Positions 18,643-28,296 of a DNA stretch of 64,000 nt are shown one piece after another. Made by a program: the position numbers and the translations under genes. The number at the start of each line of letters is the position of its first letter. Positions within the stretch are counted from its first letter, which is position 1. The notes below the pieces were generated by a model that was not told where the DNA came from, did not search any database, and saw nothing but the letters and a program-made list of their open reading frames with translations. The stretch lies in contig JAQTZF010000001.1 of the NCBI GenBank assembly GCA_028687915.1, forward strand, positions 930,634 to 994,633, written 5' to 3'. The DNA comes from Candidatus Daviesbacteria bacterium (lineage in GTDB: Bacteria; Patescibacteriota; Microgenomatia; Daviesbacterales; UBA10151).

Positions 18643-19158
18643 ATGTTTGACAACAATACACTTTTTTTACAAATATTTGGACTTGCGCGCCAAAATGCCC
18701 TGCTTGATGGTGTTTTCATCTTTGGAGCCAGAGAACTAATTTTTATAATGTACTTTTTAGTTTTTGTACTTATACTTTTAGGAGGACCAAAAGAAAGAAA
18801 AGCCTTTCTTATATTAATTCTTGGATTAATTATCAGTGAAAGTTTTATACAAATTACTCATCTTTTTTTTAATGAACCAAGACCTTATGTGACATTTAAT
18901 TTAATTCCTTTGATACATCATATTCCAAACCCATCTTTTCCTTCTGGACACGCCACATTATCAGCTATAATTGCTTTTGCCTATCTTTTTACCAAATCTA
19001 AATACTCATTATTGTTTGTTTTAACAGCCATTTGGGTAGGTTTTTCCAGAATTTTTGTGGGGGTGCATTATCCTTTAGATGTTTTAGGAGGAATTTTTTA
19101 TGCTCTCTTTTCTATATTTTTAGCTTCAAAGGTTCTTAACAAATTCCTTAACATTTAG
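18643..19158 (+). CDS. PAP2 undecaprenyl-diphosphatase (BcrC-like)
   Basis: PRP, SFPSGH, SRIFVGVHYPLD. Confidence 0.88.
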   Translation: MFDNNTLFLQIFGLARQNALLDGVFIFGARELIFIMYFLVFVLILLGGPKERKAFLILILGLIISESFIQITHLFFNEPRPYVTFNLIPLIHHIPNPSFPSGHATLSAIIAFAYLFTKSKYSLLFVLTAIWVGFSRIFVGVHYPLDVLGGIFYALFSIFLASKVLNKFLNI

Positions 19159-19201
19159 GTTTGAAGGTTTGAAGTTTGAAGGGGGACGTCTTTTGAGGCT
19201 A
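19158..19201. repeat. (G)GTTTGAA x3 plus degenerate REP upstream of the RAYT gene
   Basis: ggtttgaa ggtttgaa gtttgaa followed by gggggacgtcttttgaggcta, which matches 19759-19780. Confidence 0.7.
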
Positions 19202-19244
19202 AATGTTACTTGATTCTATATGTCTAATATCAGATAGTATAAAA

Positions 19245-19955
19245 ATGCCTGCCAAAAATTCTATCAAGATATACTGCGAAAATTCTTATTACCATATTTA
19301 CAATCGCGGGGTAGAAAAAAGGCTGATATTCTTGGATGAACAAGATTATAAAGTATTTCTTTCTTATTTAAGGGATTATCTTGTACCAAAAGACGAAAAA
19401 GGGCTTAGAAATATTCTTTCTTCCCCAACCTCTAATTACAAAGAAAAGGCTCAGGCTCTAAAATTAATTCGTCTAAATAATTTTGCAGATGAAATTATTT
19501 TAGTTTCTTATTGCCTTATGCCTAATCACATACATTTTTTAATTAAACAAATATCTAGTAATAGCATTGATAGATTTATGAATTCATTATGTGTCAGATA
19601 TACTATGTATTTTAACCGGAAGTATAAAAGAGTGGGCTCCCTTTATCAGGATGTTTATAAAGCTGTACTTATTGAAAATGATTCACAGCTTTTACACCTT
19701 AGTAAATATATTCACCAAAATCCTCTTAAAAAATTACCCAAATCCAAATTAGCTTCGCAAGGGGACGTCTTACGAGGCTATTATATGCAACCATCATCTC
19801 TTCCTGAATATGATGGGCAAAGACAAACAGAATGGGTACATCCAGAAGAAATATTAGGATTTTTCTCTAAAGAAAATCCCCAACTTTCTTACCAGGCTTT
19901 TGTAGAACAAACAGAGGATCTTCCCCTAATAGAAAATCTAGTTTTAGATTCTTAG
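19245..19955 (+). mobile_element. REP-associated tyrosine transposase (RAYT, HUH/Y1 IS200-like)
   Basis: YYHIYNRG..K..IF, YCLMPNHIHF (HUH), YFNRKY.R.G.L.Q, YIHQNP; REP-like palindromes upstream, inside and downstream. Confidence 0.9.
19750..19780. repeat. REP palindrome inside the RAYT coding sequence
   Basis: tagcttcgcaag-gggacgt-cttacgaggcta, translated as LASQGDVLRG. Confidence 0.75.
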
Positions 19956-19984
19956 CCTTACAAGACCAGGTCTGGTGAAGCTAA
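19952..19984. repeat. REP palindrome overlapping the RAYT stop codon
   Basis: ttagccttacaagacc-a-ggtctggtgaagctaa. Confidence 0.75.
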
Positions 19985-19991
19985 ATTAATA

Positions 19992-20642
19992 TTAGTGCTT
20001 TAAAGTGAACATCATCTCCAGTGGAGGCTTGTTTTCTTTAGGAACCAGCAATACTTCACCAGCTCCATTCCATTGATAATCATCACCTCTTTTTTCCTTC
20101 CATGCCTGTTCTAACCTTTTTGGTGAATCCTCAATACCTCTCCAGCAATCAACAAGCCAACCAATATTTATACTTGAAGCCCTGGAAGGATTGGAGTACT
20201 GATCTATAATATCTAACCTGCCATCTTGAGTAGTACCAATATAGGTCATACCTGTCTGCTGATCTTTGAGCAAGGTCACTAATTCCAACTTTTCTAACCC
20301 ACCTTCAATTAAGCCGGAAATAACGCTTCGTTTTAAATATACTATCATCCATGGAAATGTGCTGTTTCTTTCCTTTGCCAGATCACTTTCGTTAATATTC
20401 TGAGAATAATAGTCATCGCGTAAGATTCGACCAAAAAAAGTTTTTGGGTAAGTGGCTACCTCACTATAACGACATGACCAGTTTATTGTGGCTATCCCAC
20501 CAATTTCTGGAAATGCTAAAGGTAGCTTTGGCCCTAAAATAAACTTACCCTTTTCTATTAAATCAAGATCATTATATGAATACATAGGATCATACGGATC
20601 AAAGTAGTTTCCTAATGTAATGTTTAACCTGTTCTCTTTCAT
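19992..20642 (-). CDS. Hypothetical protein (orphan)
   Basis: 216-aa ORF; TGT-TATAAT 8 nt before the ATG. Confidence 0.6.
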   Translation of the reverse strand: MKENRLNITLGNYFDPYDPMYSYNDLDLIEKGKFILGPKLPLAFPEIGGIATINWSCRYSEVATYPKTFFGRILRDDYYSQNINESDLAKERNSTFPWMIVYLKRSVISGLIEGGLEKLELVTLLKDQQTGMTYIGTTQDGRLDIIDQYSNPSRASSINIGWLVDCWRGIEDSPKRLEQAWKEKRGDDYQWNGAGEVLLVPKENKPPLEMMFTLKH

Positions 20643-20683
20643 TACTAGGAATTATAACAATAAACTCGGTTTTTACAATTATC

Positions 20684-21949
20684 CTAAGAGTTGAGGATTT
20701 TTTCAAAAGCAGCTTTGTTTTTTAGAGGAGCAATAATCTGTAAGTTAAAGTTTTCTTTTTTAAATAATTCTTTAGCAACTGCCTGTATATCTTCTTTAGT
20801 AATCTTATCTATTTTTTTCAAATACTCATCAAATGTTTCTAACTCTCTATCTAAAATAAAACTTACCCCAAAATGTTCTGCCAAAAAGTTGGTTGATTCA
20901 GACCTTAAAGCAATTCTTCCTCTTTCCATTTCCTTGGCTTTAGCTAATTCCTCATCTGTTACTTTCTCCATAACAGTTCTAAGTAATTCTGCTTTAATTA
21001 CCTCTAGTCCCTCTTCTATCTTTTCCAGCTTTAATCCACTGTAAACAGCAAAAAAACCAGTATCCAAATATGATTGATGTGCAGCAGAAATATGATAGGC
21101 TAAACCTCTTTTTTCTCTGATTTCACTAAATAACCTGGAAGACATTCCCTCCCCCAAAATCACTCCCAAAACTCTGGCTGCATAACGCTTGCTATCATCT
21201 CTGCTATAACCTTTTACTCCTAAAATTAAATTAGCCTGATCTGTTTTTTTATAAAAGATATTAATTTTAGGTTTTGTTTGTATACTTGGCTTAAATGGAA
21301 GATATGTTGAATTTTTATTTACAGGCATATCGGAAAAATATTTATTAGCAATTTCCTCAATATTTTTGGGCAATTTTCCTACAAACAAAACTGCCATATT
21401 GGAAGAGTTATATAAAGATTTTAAGTAATTCACAAAATCTTCCTTTTTTAATGCTTTAACAGTGGACTCATCTCCTCCAATGTCCCATCCGATAGGTTGG
21501 TCACCAAACTGTAAGGCTTCATATAAATCCCAAATATATCTGGTAGGATTATCTTTGTACATCCTGAGCTCTTCAACAATGACTCCTTTTTCTTTTTCAA
21601 TTTCATCTTCAGATAATAAAGGTTCAGAAACCATGGAAGATAACATGTCACTGGCCAACTCAATATGCTTCGTAGCAGATTTTATCCAATAAAAAGTATA
21701 TTCTTTATCAGTTCCTGCATTGTTAACTGCTCCAATACCATCAACCAAATTAGCAATTACTTTAGCTGAAGGATACTTTGCTGTTCCTTTAAAAGCCATG
21801 TGTTCAACAAAATGGGATAAGCCATTAATTTGTTTGCTTTCATATCTGGAACCAGCTCCAATAGCCACCATGCTTGTTACAGAATCTAAGTGAGGTAAAT
21901 CAATTGTGATTAGAGTCAAACCATTTTTTAAAGTCGTGAGTTTATACAT
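20684..21949 (-). CDS. M16 (pitrilysin/insulinase) zinc peptidase
   Basis: GSRYE, HFVEH (HxxEH), SSRLF.EIREKRGLAY; ATG 21949 follows TGG-TAAAAT. Confidence 0.93.
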   Translation of the reverse strand: MYKLTTLKNGLTLITIDLPHLDSVTSMVAIGAGSRYESKQINGLSHFVEHMAFKGTAKYPSAKVIANLVDGIGAVNNAGTDKEYTFYWIKSATKHIELASDMLSSMVSEPLLSEDEIEKEKGVIVEELRMYKDNPTRYIWDLYEALQFGDQPIGWDIGGDESTVKALKKEDFVNYLKSLYNSSNMAVLFVGKLPKNIEEIANKYFSDMPVNKNSTYLPFKPSIQTKPKINIFYKKTDQANLILGVKGYSRDDSKRYAARVLGVILGEGMSSRLFSEIREKRGLAYHISAAHQSYLDTGFFAVYSGLKLEKIEEGLEVIKAELLRTVMEKVTDEELAKAKEMERGRIALRSESTNFLAEHFGVSFILDRELETFDEYLKKIDKITKEDIQAVAKELFKKENFNLQIIAPLKNKAAFEKILNS

Positions 21950-22041
21950 CTGAATCAATTTTACCAAATTTAGCTTCATTGAACAAGACATGCATTCAAA
22001 ATTTGATTATTTTTGACTTTCTGTTACAATCTTTCCCTGAT

Positions 22042-22632
22042 ATGATAGACAACAAAGAAAAATTACAGCTTCTCTTTCAAGAATTTCCAGCTCCAGCTGG
22101 GGAAATACCAGAATTCTTAGCTGAAGATCTGATAACTAATGGCATCAGTGATGCTCTCTGGAATAATTACGTGTATTATTTTTATGATAATCTCCTGGAC
22201 TTAAACCAACGCGCTCCCCTATGTTCTGAAGAGTTTCCTCGCTTTATCAGCAATCTTAATAGTTTACTTGTACCAGCTTGCACCACCCAATTTCACAAAG
22301 ATTATGCTCAAAGATTAGCTATTATATGCTATGGCTATGGTGTTAATCAGGCTAACCCAAATGATTTTGTAGCATCAGCAGATCTGTACCAATTACTGGG
22401 ATTAGATAAAACAAAAAGTAGTATTTATACTCCAAGAGGTGCTAGAAGAACTGAAACTAAAGCTTATGAAATCAGATTAATCGAGGAAAAACAAAGATTT
22501 TTTAATACTGGCCTTCAACAAGGTAAAATACTACCCCCTGAGAAAACATTGGAACAAGCAAGATTAAGGCTGCACCCCTGGGAAGAACAAATTCAACAAG
22601 TTCACCATGTTTCAGTAACCAAATATCAATAA
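22042..22632 (+). CDS. Hypothetical protein (orphan)
   Basis: ATG 22042 after TACAAT; no recognised motif. Confidence 0.55.
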   Translation: MIDNKEKLQLLFQEFPAPAGEIPEFLAEDLITNGISDALWNNYVYYFYDNLLDLNQRAPLCSEEFPRFISNLNSLLVPACTTQFHKDYAQRLAIICYGYGVNQANPNDFVASADLYQLLGLDKTKSSIYTPRGARRTETKAYEIRLIEEKQRFFNTGLQQGKILPPEKTLEQARLRLHPWEEQIQQVHHVSVTKYQ

Positions 22633-23861
22633 TATTTTTTACCCTTAAGTTTTACCGGTAACAAATCTTCCTTAGAATATTTTTGATAACCATCTCCATA
22701 ACCTAAGTTTTTCATTAACTTTGTAGGAGCATTCCTTAAATTCATAGGTATAGGTAGAGCACCAAAATTTTTAACATCATCCAGTGCTTTAAAATATGCC
22801 TCATAAGCAGACCTGTCTTTTTTAGCTACACTCAAATATACAACCCCATGGGCTAAATTAATCTGACATTCTGGATACCCAATTGTTTCTACTGCCTTAA
22901 ATACTTCATTTGCTACCACTAAAGCAGTTGGTTGGGCCTGCCCAATATCTTCTGAAGCAAAAATTACCATACGTCTTGCAATGAATTTTGGATCTTCCCC
23001 TGCACTTATCATCCTGGCCAAATAATAAAGAGCTGCATCAACGTTGGAAGCTCTCATAGATTTTATAAAAGCAGAAATAGTATTGTGATGTTCTTCTCCA
23101 TGTTTATCATAAGATAGAACTCTTTCCTGCAAAGCCTCAACAATTAATTCCTTAGTAATTATTATTTTGTCATCCTGAGGCTTTGCCGAAGGATCTCGAG
23201 ATTCTTCACTGCGTTCAGAATGACAAACAGACAAAACTGCAATTTCCAAAACATTTAACACTATTCTGGCGTCCCCATTTGAGGCTTCTATTAATAAATC
23301 TAAAGCTTCTGGTAAAACCTTAACTTTAAAGTTTCCCAAACCTTTTTCTTTATCCTTAAGTGCACGGTTTACTATCTCTTCTATATCTTCCCTTTCTAAA
23401 GACTTTAAAGTTAAAACCCTGGTTCTGGATAATAAGGGATTAATAATTTCAAAACTTGGGTTTTCTGTGGTAGCCCCAATTAAAGTAATTAAACCATTTT
23501 CCACATAAGGTAAAAAGGCATCTTGTTGGGCTTTATTAAATCTGTGAATTTCATCAATAAAAACTACAGTCTTTTTGGGAAACATAGGATTATGTTCAGC
23601 TATAACTTTTTCAAAAAGTTTTTTAACTTCAGCTATTCCTGTAGAAACTGCAGAAAACTCTACAAAATCTGCCTCTATTTCAGAAGCAATCACTCTGGCT
23701 AGTGTTGTTTTACCAACTCCTGGAGGACCCCAAAAAACCATGGAAAATAATTGGTTATTTTTAATAGATTTATAAAGGAGATTATCTTCAGACAGAATAT
23801 GTTTTTGACCAATATATTCTGCTAAATATTTAGGACGCATTCTATCTGCAAGAGGAATCAT
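22626..23861 (-). CDS. rarA: Replication-associated recombination protein A (MgsA/RarA)
   Basis: PLADRMRP, GPPGVGKTT, FIDEIHRFNKAQQD, GATTENP, SAFIKS, ASEDIG. Confidence 0.95.
   Translation of the reverse strand: MIPLADRMRPKYLAEYIGQKHILSEDNLLYKSIKNNQLFSMVFWGPPGVGKTTLARVIASEIEADFVEFSAVSTGIAEVKKLFEKVIAEHNPMFPKKTVVFIDEIHRFNKAQQDAFLPYVENGLITLIGATTENPSFEIINPLLSRTRVLTLKSLEREDIEEIVNRALKDKEKGLGNFKVKVLPEALDLLIEASNGDARIVLNVLEIAVLSVCHSERSEESRDPSAKPQDDKIIITKELIVEALQERVLSYDKHGEEHHNTISAFIKSMRASNVDAALYYLARMISAGEDPKFIARRMVIFASEDIGQAQPTALVVANEVFKAVETIGYPECQINLAHGVVYLSVAKKDRSAYEAYFKALDDVKNFGALPIPMNLRNAPTKLMKNLGYGDGYQKYSKEDLLPVKLKGKKYY
23166..23227. repeat. Inverted REP dimer in frame within rarA
   Basis: tttgtcatcctgaggctttgccgaaggatctc|gagattcttcactgcgttcagaatgacaaa; encodes VCHSERSEESRDPSAKPQDDK. 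Confidence 0.85.
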
Positions 23862-23867
23862 AAACCT

Positions 23868-23896
23868 ACTATACCCAAATCAAATCCGAAGGTCAA
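23868..23896 (-). promoter_or_regulatory. Sigma70-type leaderless promoter of rarA
   Basis: TTGACC-17-TATAGT-6 nt-ATG. Confidence 0.7.
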
Positions 23897-23911
23897 GAAT
23901 TAATTATAATT

Positions 23912-24637
23912 TTAGAATTTTAAAATATTAGATCCATTTAATCCTCGTGGTTTTAATACTTCATCTATTGATATCCAAGCATCACTTTCTGGAATTATTA
24001 AGTATGATGATTCATAAATTTGCTGCACTGCAGCTGCCCCATGATGTTTTACTTCCTCATCAATTTCATAGTTTTTAACCAATGGAGCTTTTAATGCTAT
24101 TTTACTTGTACTATCTTCATATTTTTCCCAATCATGATTATTCATTGGGTGCCCGGAAAGACATCTATTAAAATCAAAATAATCCCTTAAATGTTTTGTG
24201 GCAGCTACAGCCTTGCAAGTATCAACAAGATTACAAAAAGACAACTCTTTATTTCTATTTCTTTTGCTTAACTTGCTGGAAGGATAAGGCCATGATAAAA
24301 AACCTCTCGCCATTTTATCGATATCAGTCACCCCAAACCTATCAAGCTCAATACACCCGCTTAACAAATCATCAACCTTCAGACTACCATCTTCAAGTCT
24401 TTGGGGCTGGCATTGCAAAGGAAGGCAATATTCAGAAGCTAAGTTGGCTTCTATAATTCTGTTATGAAGACAAAAAGGCACCAAAAATAATTCTGTATTC
24501 AAGGTAATTGTTTTTAAAGCTTCCAAGCTTAAATCTTCAAAATGTGGCCACGAATAATTTGTTAATGCAGTCCAAACCTTTAAATCTTCTTTTGCTTCTA
24601 AAGGATATTTTAAAGTAAGTTTTTCTAAATCTACCAT
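23912..24637 (-). CDS. Hypothetical protein (orphan)
   Basis: 241-aa ORF; TATAAT 6 nt before the ATG. Confidence 0.6.
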   Translation of the reverse strand: MVDLEKLTLKYPLEAKEDLKVWTALTNYSWPHFEDLSLEALKTITLNTELFLVPFCLHNRIIEANLASEYCLPLQCQPQRLEDGSLKVDDLLSGCIELDRFGVTDIDKMARGFLSWPYPSSKLSKRNRNKELSFCNLVDTCKAVAATKHLRDYFDFNRCLSGHPMNNHDWEKYEDSTSKIALKAPLVKNYEIDEEVKHHGAAAVQQIYESSYLIIPESDAWISIDEVLKPRGLNGSNILKF

Positions 24638-24676
24638 AGCCCGATTATATATATCTATAAGATAAAATCAAGAAGG

Positions 24677-26059
24677 TTAAACAGGTTTAAGTTTTGAACC
24701 AGTGGCAGTATCTTCTATTTCAAATCCTAATTTTTTAATTTCATGTCTTAACTCATCTGATTTTTTAAAGTCACCAGAAATTCTTGCATTCTCCCGATGG
24801 TTTAAAAGTTCTTGAACTTTTTCTGGAATTTCCAGTGGCTTACCAACATATTTTTCCAGACCCAATCCTAAAATTTTATCCATCTCTAAAATAGTTGCTG
24901 CTTTTTCTGAGGAAGGTATGTCAGATTTTATTAACTCCCACATGGCTGCTAGTGCCTGAGGGGTATTCATGTCATTATTGGCAGCCTCAAGAAATTTCTG
25001 CCAAAATTGGCTATTAACTAGTTTAGGGCTATCCCACGCTCTAATCTCAGAAATTATGTTGTTTAAAGCGTGGCTAGATGCAGTCAAAGATTCGTATGTA
25101 AAATTTAGGCTATCGCGATAATGAGCAGTCAAAATTAAATATCTAAAAGCTATTGGATCAAACCCTTTCTCTACTAGATCATCAATCGTATAAAAATTCT
25201 TTTTTGATTTTGACATTTTTTCCCCATCCACAATCAAGAAGTTATGATGAACCCAATATTTTGAAAACTGTTTTTCTGTTGCTGCTTCGCTTTGAGCAAT
25301 TTCATTGGTGTGATGGACAGGAATATGATCAATCCCACCTGTATGAATGTCCAAAGTCTCTCCTAGATATTCCATGGACATAGCAGAACATTCTATATGC
25401 CATCCGGGAAAGCCTTCTCCAAATGGAGACGGCCATTTCATTACATGACTGGCAAATCTGCCCACAGTAAAAAACCATAGTGCAAAATCCTGCGGATTTT
25501 TTTTGTTTGGATCTATCACCACATTCTCTCTTACCCCAACTTGTTTTTCTTCGAGTTTTTGACCGCTTAATTTTCCATAATCTGAAAACTTACTAATATC
25601 AAAATAGACTGCATGTTCAGTTGTGTAAGTAAAACCTTTCTCCTGTAATTTCTCAAGTAATTTAATCTGCTCGTTTATGTGTTCTGTAGCACGGGCAACA
25701 ATATTTGGCCTTTCTATATTTACAACCTCTGTTGATTTAAAAAAATAATCCTCAAAAAATCTGGCAGTTTGTTCTGGAGTTAGGTTTCTATCTTTTGCAC
25801 CTTTTTCCAGCTTATCATCACCCTCATCTGAATCAGATGTTAAGTGCCCCACATCTGTAATATTCATAACATGATTTACTTCAAATCCATTAACCTCTAA
25901 AAGACGATGTAAAATATCATCCCCAATATATTTTCTAAGATGTCCAATGTGTGTGTAATCATAAACAGTTGGACCACAGGTATACATCCCAACCTTAGGT
26001 GGATTAATTGGTTCAAAGTCTTCTATTTTTCTGGTTAATGTATTGTATAAATGTAGCAT
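24677..26059 (-). CDS. cysS: Cysteine--tRNA ligase
   Basis: [30 protein letters not shown]. Confidence 0.97.
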   Translation of the reverse strand: MLHLYNTLTRKIEDFEPINPPKVGMYTCGPTVYDYTHIGHLRKYIGDDILHRLLEVNGFEVNHVMNITDVGHLTSDSDEGDDKLEKGAKDRNLTPEQTARFFEDYFFKSTEVVNIERPNIVARATEHINEQIKLLEKLQEKGFTYTTEHAVYFDISKFSDYGKLSGQKLEEKQVGVRENVVIDPNKKNPQDFALWFFTVGRFASHVMKWPSPFGEGFPGWHIECSAMSMEYLGETLDIHTGGIDHIPVHHTNEIAQSEAATEKQFSKYWVHHNFLIVDGEKMSKSKKNFYTIDDLVEKGFDPIAFRYLILTAHYRDSLNFTYESLTASSHALNNIISEIRAWDSPKLVNSQFWQKFLEAANNDMNTPQALAAMWELIKSDIPSSEKAATILEMDKILGLGLEKYVGKPLEIPEKVQELLNHRENARISGDFKKSDELRHEIKKLGFEIEDTATGSKLKPV

Positions 26060-26060
26060 A

Positions 26061-26100
26061 TTCTTAAAATCCTAAATCTGTATTCCTAAATCTTTCTTAA
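26061..26100. repeat. Degenerate 7-nt periodic array
   Basis: ttcttaa-a-atcctaa atctgta ttcctaa atctttc. Confidence 0.5.
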
Positions 26101-26540
26101 CCTCCTACCCCACTCTTTGATTCTGTTTTTCTTTCAGCTCTTTCAAGAGCAGTTATATCAGCTGATTTTTGATTTTTTTCCTGTAAATCCTGCATCTCTT
26201 CCTGTTTTTCTACCTGTTCTTCCTGCTCTTTTGTTTCCTCTTCCTGTTTTTTTTGTAACCTAACTTGTGCTATTTCTTCTTCAATTTTTTCATATCTGGC
26301 AATTGTCTGTTGGGCTTCCTGTAATTTAGCAGCATCTTCTTGCTGTCTTTTTACTTGATCTGCTTGTTGTTGTCTTAATACCTGAGGATCTTGTGGTGGG
26401 GGCTTGGGAGTTGATGCAACAGCAGTAACCCCTTCTTCTATTGCCTGCCCAACCTGATCTTTAACTGGTTCCACCAAAGCCTCACCAACATCTTGGGCAA
26501 ACTGTCCTATTCCTGCTTTAATTCCTTGTCCATCACTCAT
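26097..26540 (-). CDS. Hypothetical Q/E/K-rich coiled-coil protein
   Basis: Low-complexity helical sequence; TGG-TATACT-6-ATG. Confidence 0.7.
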   Translation of the reverse strand: MSDGQGIKAGIGQFAQDVGEALVEPVKDQVGQAIEEGVTAVASTPKPPPQDPQVLRQQQADQVKRQQEDAAKLQEAQQTIARYEKIEEEIAQVRLQKKQEEETKEQEEQVEKQEEMQDLQEKNQKSADITALERAERKTESKSGVGG

Positions 26541-26552
26541 GTGAATAGTATA

Positions 26553-26645
26553 CCAAATTAACCTAATTGCTAATTGACCTAATTTCTAAATAAATCCCAA
26601 TTATGTTGTTTAGATTAATTACAAATTAGAAATTAGAAATTTATT
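26553..26645. repeat. Inverted pair of 7-nt periodic arrays downstream of recR
   Basis: ctaattg ctaattg..ctaattt ctaaata facing aaattag aaattag aaattta. Confidence 0.65.
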
Positions 26646-27241
26646 TAATACTTTCTTCTACCTTCCAAAGCCCTGGTTAGCGTAGTTTCATCAGCATATT
26701 CTATATCTGAACCAACCGGTAAACCTCTGGCAATTCGGGTAACAGAAACCCCTAAAGGAGAAATAAGTCTTTCAATATACATAGCAGTTGCTTCCCCTTC
26801 CATGGTTGGATTAGTTGCTAAAATTATTTCTTTAACTGTGCCATCTTTTAAACGGGGTAAAAGCTCACGGATATGTAATTCATCTGGTCCAATATTTTCC
26901 AGAGGTGAAATCCTGCCATGCAAGACATGGTATAAGCTTTTAAAATTAGCCCTCTCAAGAGCTAAAACATCCAGGGGATCTTCTACCACTGCAATAATGG
27001 AACTATCCCTGGAGGTATCTGAACAAATTTCACAAGGAGATTGTTCTGAAATATTAAAACAAGTCTCACAAATAACTGTTTTTTCTTTAAGATCTATTGC
27101 TGCTTTTGCCAAAGCTTCTGCTTCTTCTTTAGGAGCATGGAGAAGATGATAAACAAGTCTTTGAGCAGTTTTAGGACCCACACCAGGAAGCCTTTCAAAA
27201 GCTTCAATTAAATTTTGCACAACTTTAGGAACTGTAGCCAT
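26645..27241 (-). CDS. recR: Recombination mediator RecR
   Basis: LPGVGPKTAQR, CxxC..CxxC zinc finger, ILATNPTMEGEAT, RIARGLP. Confidence 0.97.
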   Translation of the reverse strand: MATVPKVVQNLIEAFERLPGVGPKTAQRLVYHLLHAPKEEAEALAKAAIDLKEKTVICETCFNISEQSPCEICSDTSRDSSIIAVVEDPLDVLALERANFKSLYHVLHGRISPLENIGPDELHIRELLPRLKDGTVKEIILATNPTMEGEATAMYIERLISPLGVSVTRIARGLPVGSDIEYADETTLTRALEGRRKY

Positions 27242-27298
27242 ATGTGCGTATTTTAACATTTGTTGACAATAATTAGATAGGGATATATTGTATATATA

Positions 27299-27961
27299 AT
27301 GCCCAATAAATTTGAAAAAGGATTTATTCCACCAGTCATAATTATTTTACTCACAATAATTGGTATTTCTGGTATATTAATCATTAAAAACCTTCCCGCT
27401 AATCAATCAGGATCTTTATCAGACAGCACATTTACTGCAAACTACAGTCAGACCACATCTACTCCTACCTCAACTCCTTCTTTAGCAAAAACTAAATCTC
27501 CAACCCCTACCCCAACCACAAAAGCTACTTCAACCCCAACTCCAACAAGCTCTAATAATACAAACAACCCAACTTCCACTCCAACACCAACTCAAACTGC
27601 TACCTCTACTCCTACACCCACAATAAATACTCCCTCTGTTCGAATAACCTCACCTAATGGAGGCGAAACTATTAAAGTCGGAGATACTGTTCATATTACA
27701 TGGGAAGCAACCGGAACTTTTAGTGAATTCATTCTTCAAAGTGTAAGTATTTATAATAATACAGAGAGTGGATTTAATATCGGCTCAATTACCAATCCGA
27801 ATGCCAAATCTATGGATTGGGTTGTTAATATAGGAAATGCTACTACCCCAAGACAGGCCAAATTTTCTATTACTGCCAATAAATGGCCGCGTTATATTGG
27901 AGATACTGAAGCAACTCAAAAAACAGATTCTTCGGATAATTACTTTACTATTACTAGGTAA
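27299..27961 (+). CDS. Surface protein: prepilin-like leader, PT-rich linker, Ig-like domain
   Basis: KGFIPP plus hydrophobic helix; TPTPT repeats; VRITSPNGGE..GD...ITW. Confidence 0.75.
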   Translation: MPNKFEKGFIPPVIIILLTIIGISGILIIKNLPANQSGSLSDSTFTANYSQTTSTPTSTPSLAKTKSPTPTPTTKATSTPTPTSSNNTNNPTSTPTPTQTATSTPTPTINTPSVRITSPNGGETIKVGDTVHITWEATGTFSEFILQSVSIYNNTESGFNIGSITNPNAKSMDWVVNIGNATTPRQAKFSITANKWPRYIGDTEATQKTDSSDNYFTITR

Positions 27962-27963
27962 AC

Positions 27964-28242
27964 TTACATTCCTGGAATACCGAGGCCACCCATCATGGGT
28001 TTCATTTCATCAGCAGCTACTTTTTGAGATTGTTTTAGAGCCTCATTAACTGCTTCTGTAATTTTTTCAAAATTTGAATCTCCTGCAATAGAAACTACTT
28101 TTTGATCAGCTGTCATAACTACAATCACACCTTTGTGTTCCACAGTGATTTTAATTTGAGCAAGCTTTTTTTGTATTTCCATGGCCTGATCTCTCATCTT
28201 TTTAAGATCACCAAGTTGTTTGAAGTTATCCATTAATCCCAT
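27964..28242 (-). CDS. ybaB: YbaB/EbfC nucleoid-associated protein
   Basis: QA..IQKKL, V.VVMTADQKV, AVNEAL; lies between dnaX and recR. Confidence 0.85.
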   Translation of the reverse strand: MGLMDNFKQLGDLKKMRDQAMEIQKKLAQIKITVEHKGVIVVMTADQKVVSIAGDSNFEKITEAVNEALKQSQKVAADEMKPMMGGLGIPGM

Positions 28243-28296
28243 ATGTTGATATTATATTTGGAAGTTAACAGTAAGGCAAGAGTTAGGATGCTAAAG

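Noticed and set aside
19158-19984. IS200/IS605 insertion sequence or CRISPR-like array
   Set aside because: No tnpB and no regular repeat-spacer units; protein motifs and palindromes fit a RAYT.
27450-27630. Repetitive ACNCCN tract
   Set aside because: Codon-phased Thr-Pro linker with synonymous variation; a protein-level repeat, not a DNA element.
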